From positions 1 to 33,814 of IMG/VR virus record IMGVR_UViG_3300022602_000268: 33,814 nucleotides of DNA. One strand, given 5' to 3'. The notes beneath the pieces were generated by a model, which ran no database searches, had not been told where the DNA came from, and was given only the letters and a program-made list of their open reading frames with translations. Made by a program: the position numbers and the translations under genes. The stretch comes from a virus (lineage: Duplodnaviria; Caudoviricetes). Positions 33,135-33,814 of the stretch are shown here, piece after piece. Each line of letters starts with the position of its first letter. Within the stretch, counting starts at the first letter, position 1.

Positions 33135-33814
33135 ATGTCATCAACTTACTCAACTTCGTTACGTTTAGAGCTTATAGGTACGGGCGAACAGGCAGGTGTT
33201 TGGGGTAACACGACCAATACAAACTTAGGTACGTTGCTCGAGCAAGCCATTACTGGTGTAGTCGCAATTAGTATCCCAACAGATGCAGACTATACGCTGA
33301 CTACCAACAATGGCGCTTCTGACCAAGCACGTAACGTAGTATTAATTTTTACAAGTTCTGCATTAACCGCAGCAAGAAATGTGATATTTCCCTCGGTTAA
33401 TAAGACTTACACAATCGTCAATAATACTTCATACACCCTGACTGTTAAGACTGCTTCCGGTACAGGCGTAGCTGTTACATCTGGTATTTCTACGCAAGTA
33501 TATTGCAACGGGACTAATGTATATTCTTCCATAACCCTACCAACTACAGGTACTACGTGGCAGTCAGTACAAACAACAAACTTTGCGGCAACTACAAGCA
33601 ACGGCTACCCAGTTAATACTACGTCAGGTGCAATTACAGTAACTCTCCCTGCTTCGCCATCTGCCGGTAACTTTATAACTCTAACTGATTACGCCCGCAC
33701 ATTTGGTACAAACAACCTTACCATTAACCCCAATGGTAATAATATAAACGCAAGCACAAGCAATATAGCTATAACCACTAACGGCGCATCTGTGTCGCTT
33801 GTTTATATTGATTC
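33135..33814 (+). CDS. Tail fibre protein, runs off the window (MSSTYSTSLRLELIGTGEQAGVWG...), not in ORF track
   Basis: TAGGA SD. Open to the end. VNTTSGAITVTLPASP..G repeat typical of phage long tail fibres. Confidence 0.85.
   Translation, partial: MSSTYSTSLRLELIGTGEQAGVWGNTTNTNLGTLLEQAITGVVAISIPTDADYTLTTNNGASDQARNVVLIFTSSALTAARNVIFPSVNKTYTIVNNTSYTLTVKTASGTGVAVTSGISTQVYCNGTNVYSSITLPTTGTTWQSVQTTNFAATTSNGYPVNTTSGAITVTLPASPSAGNFITLTDYARTFGTNNLTINPNGNNINASTSNIAITTNGASVSLVYID

Larger units (their letters stand above)
1..33814. mobile_element. Tailed bacteriophage genome segment (podovirus-like Caudoviricetes), divergent early and late arms
   Basis: Terminase, portal, scaffold, capsid, adaptor and fibre genes in order on +. 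Dense small-gene operon on -. No host housekeeping genes. Confidence 0.97.

Noticed and set aside
13514-33601. Minus-strand and alternative-frame ORFs in the right arm (e.g. 13729..14088, 14052..14450, 23694..24071, 24625..24993, 30978..31484)
   Set aside because: They lie inside strong structural genes and are explained by codon bias and repeats on the coding strand.
29215-33814. Diversity-generating retroelement target in the fibre genes
   Set aside because: No reverse transcriptase in the window, and no template/variable repeat pair differing only at adenines was seen.

Overview
The window is a 33.8 kb piece of a tailed dsDNA bacteriophage genome (Caudoviricetes). It looks podovirus-like: P22-type portal, scaffold, Mu GpT-like major capsid protein, adaptors and fibres, with no tape-measure or sheath gene seen. 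It has two divergent arms. The minus-strand arm (about 11.5 kb to <1) is a tightly coupled early operon of small unknown genes. It includes a MoxR-like AAA+ ATPase, a HExxH-metallopeptidase/VWA protein, a DUF3150-like protein, a DksA/TraR-like zinc finger and several microproteins missed by the ORF track. The plus-strand arm (12.2 kb to >33.8 kb) holds packaging and virion genes. In order these are a HExxH protein, HNH, TerS, TerL, portal, GroES-like protein, scaffold, major capsid, a second HNH, a cluster of basic low-complexity proteins, adaptors and fibre genes. No integrase, polymerase, tRNA, CRISPR array or reverse transcriptase was recognised. The most notable unexplained signals are: (1) a family of basic proteins sharing 12 copies of a [MFYL]-x-x-G-G motif plus an RGxGxAxKG motif; (2) a candidate multi-pseudoknot leader RNA at 22333-22403; (3) a polarity-switching AATGTTA repeat array with an IHF consensus site (origin-like); (4) a beta-helix fibre apparently split across two genes; (5) linker-delimited modular early genes. 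All family assignments come from motif recognition by eye, not from database searches.
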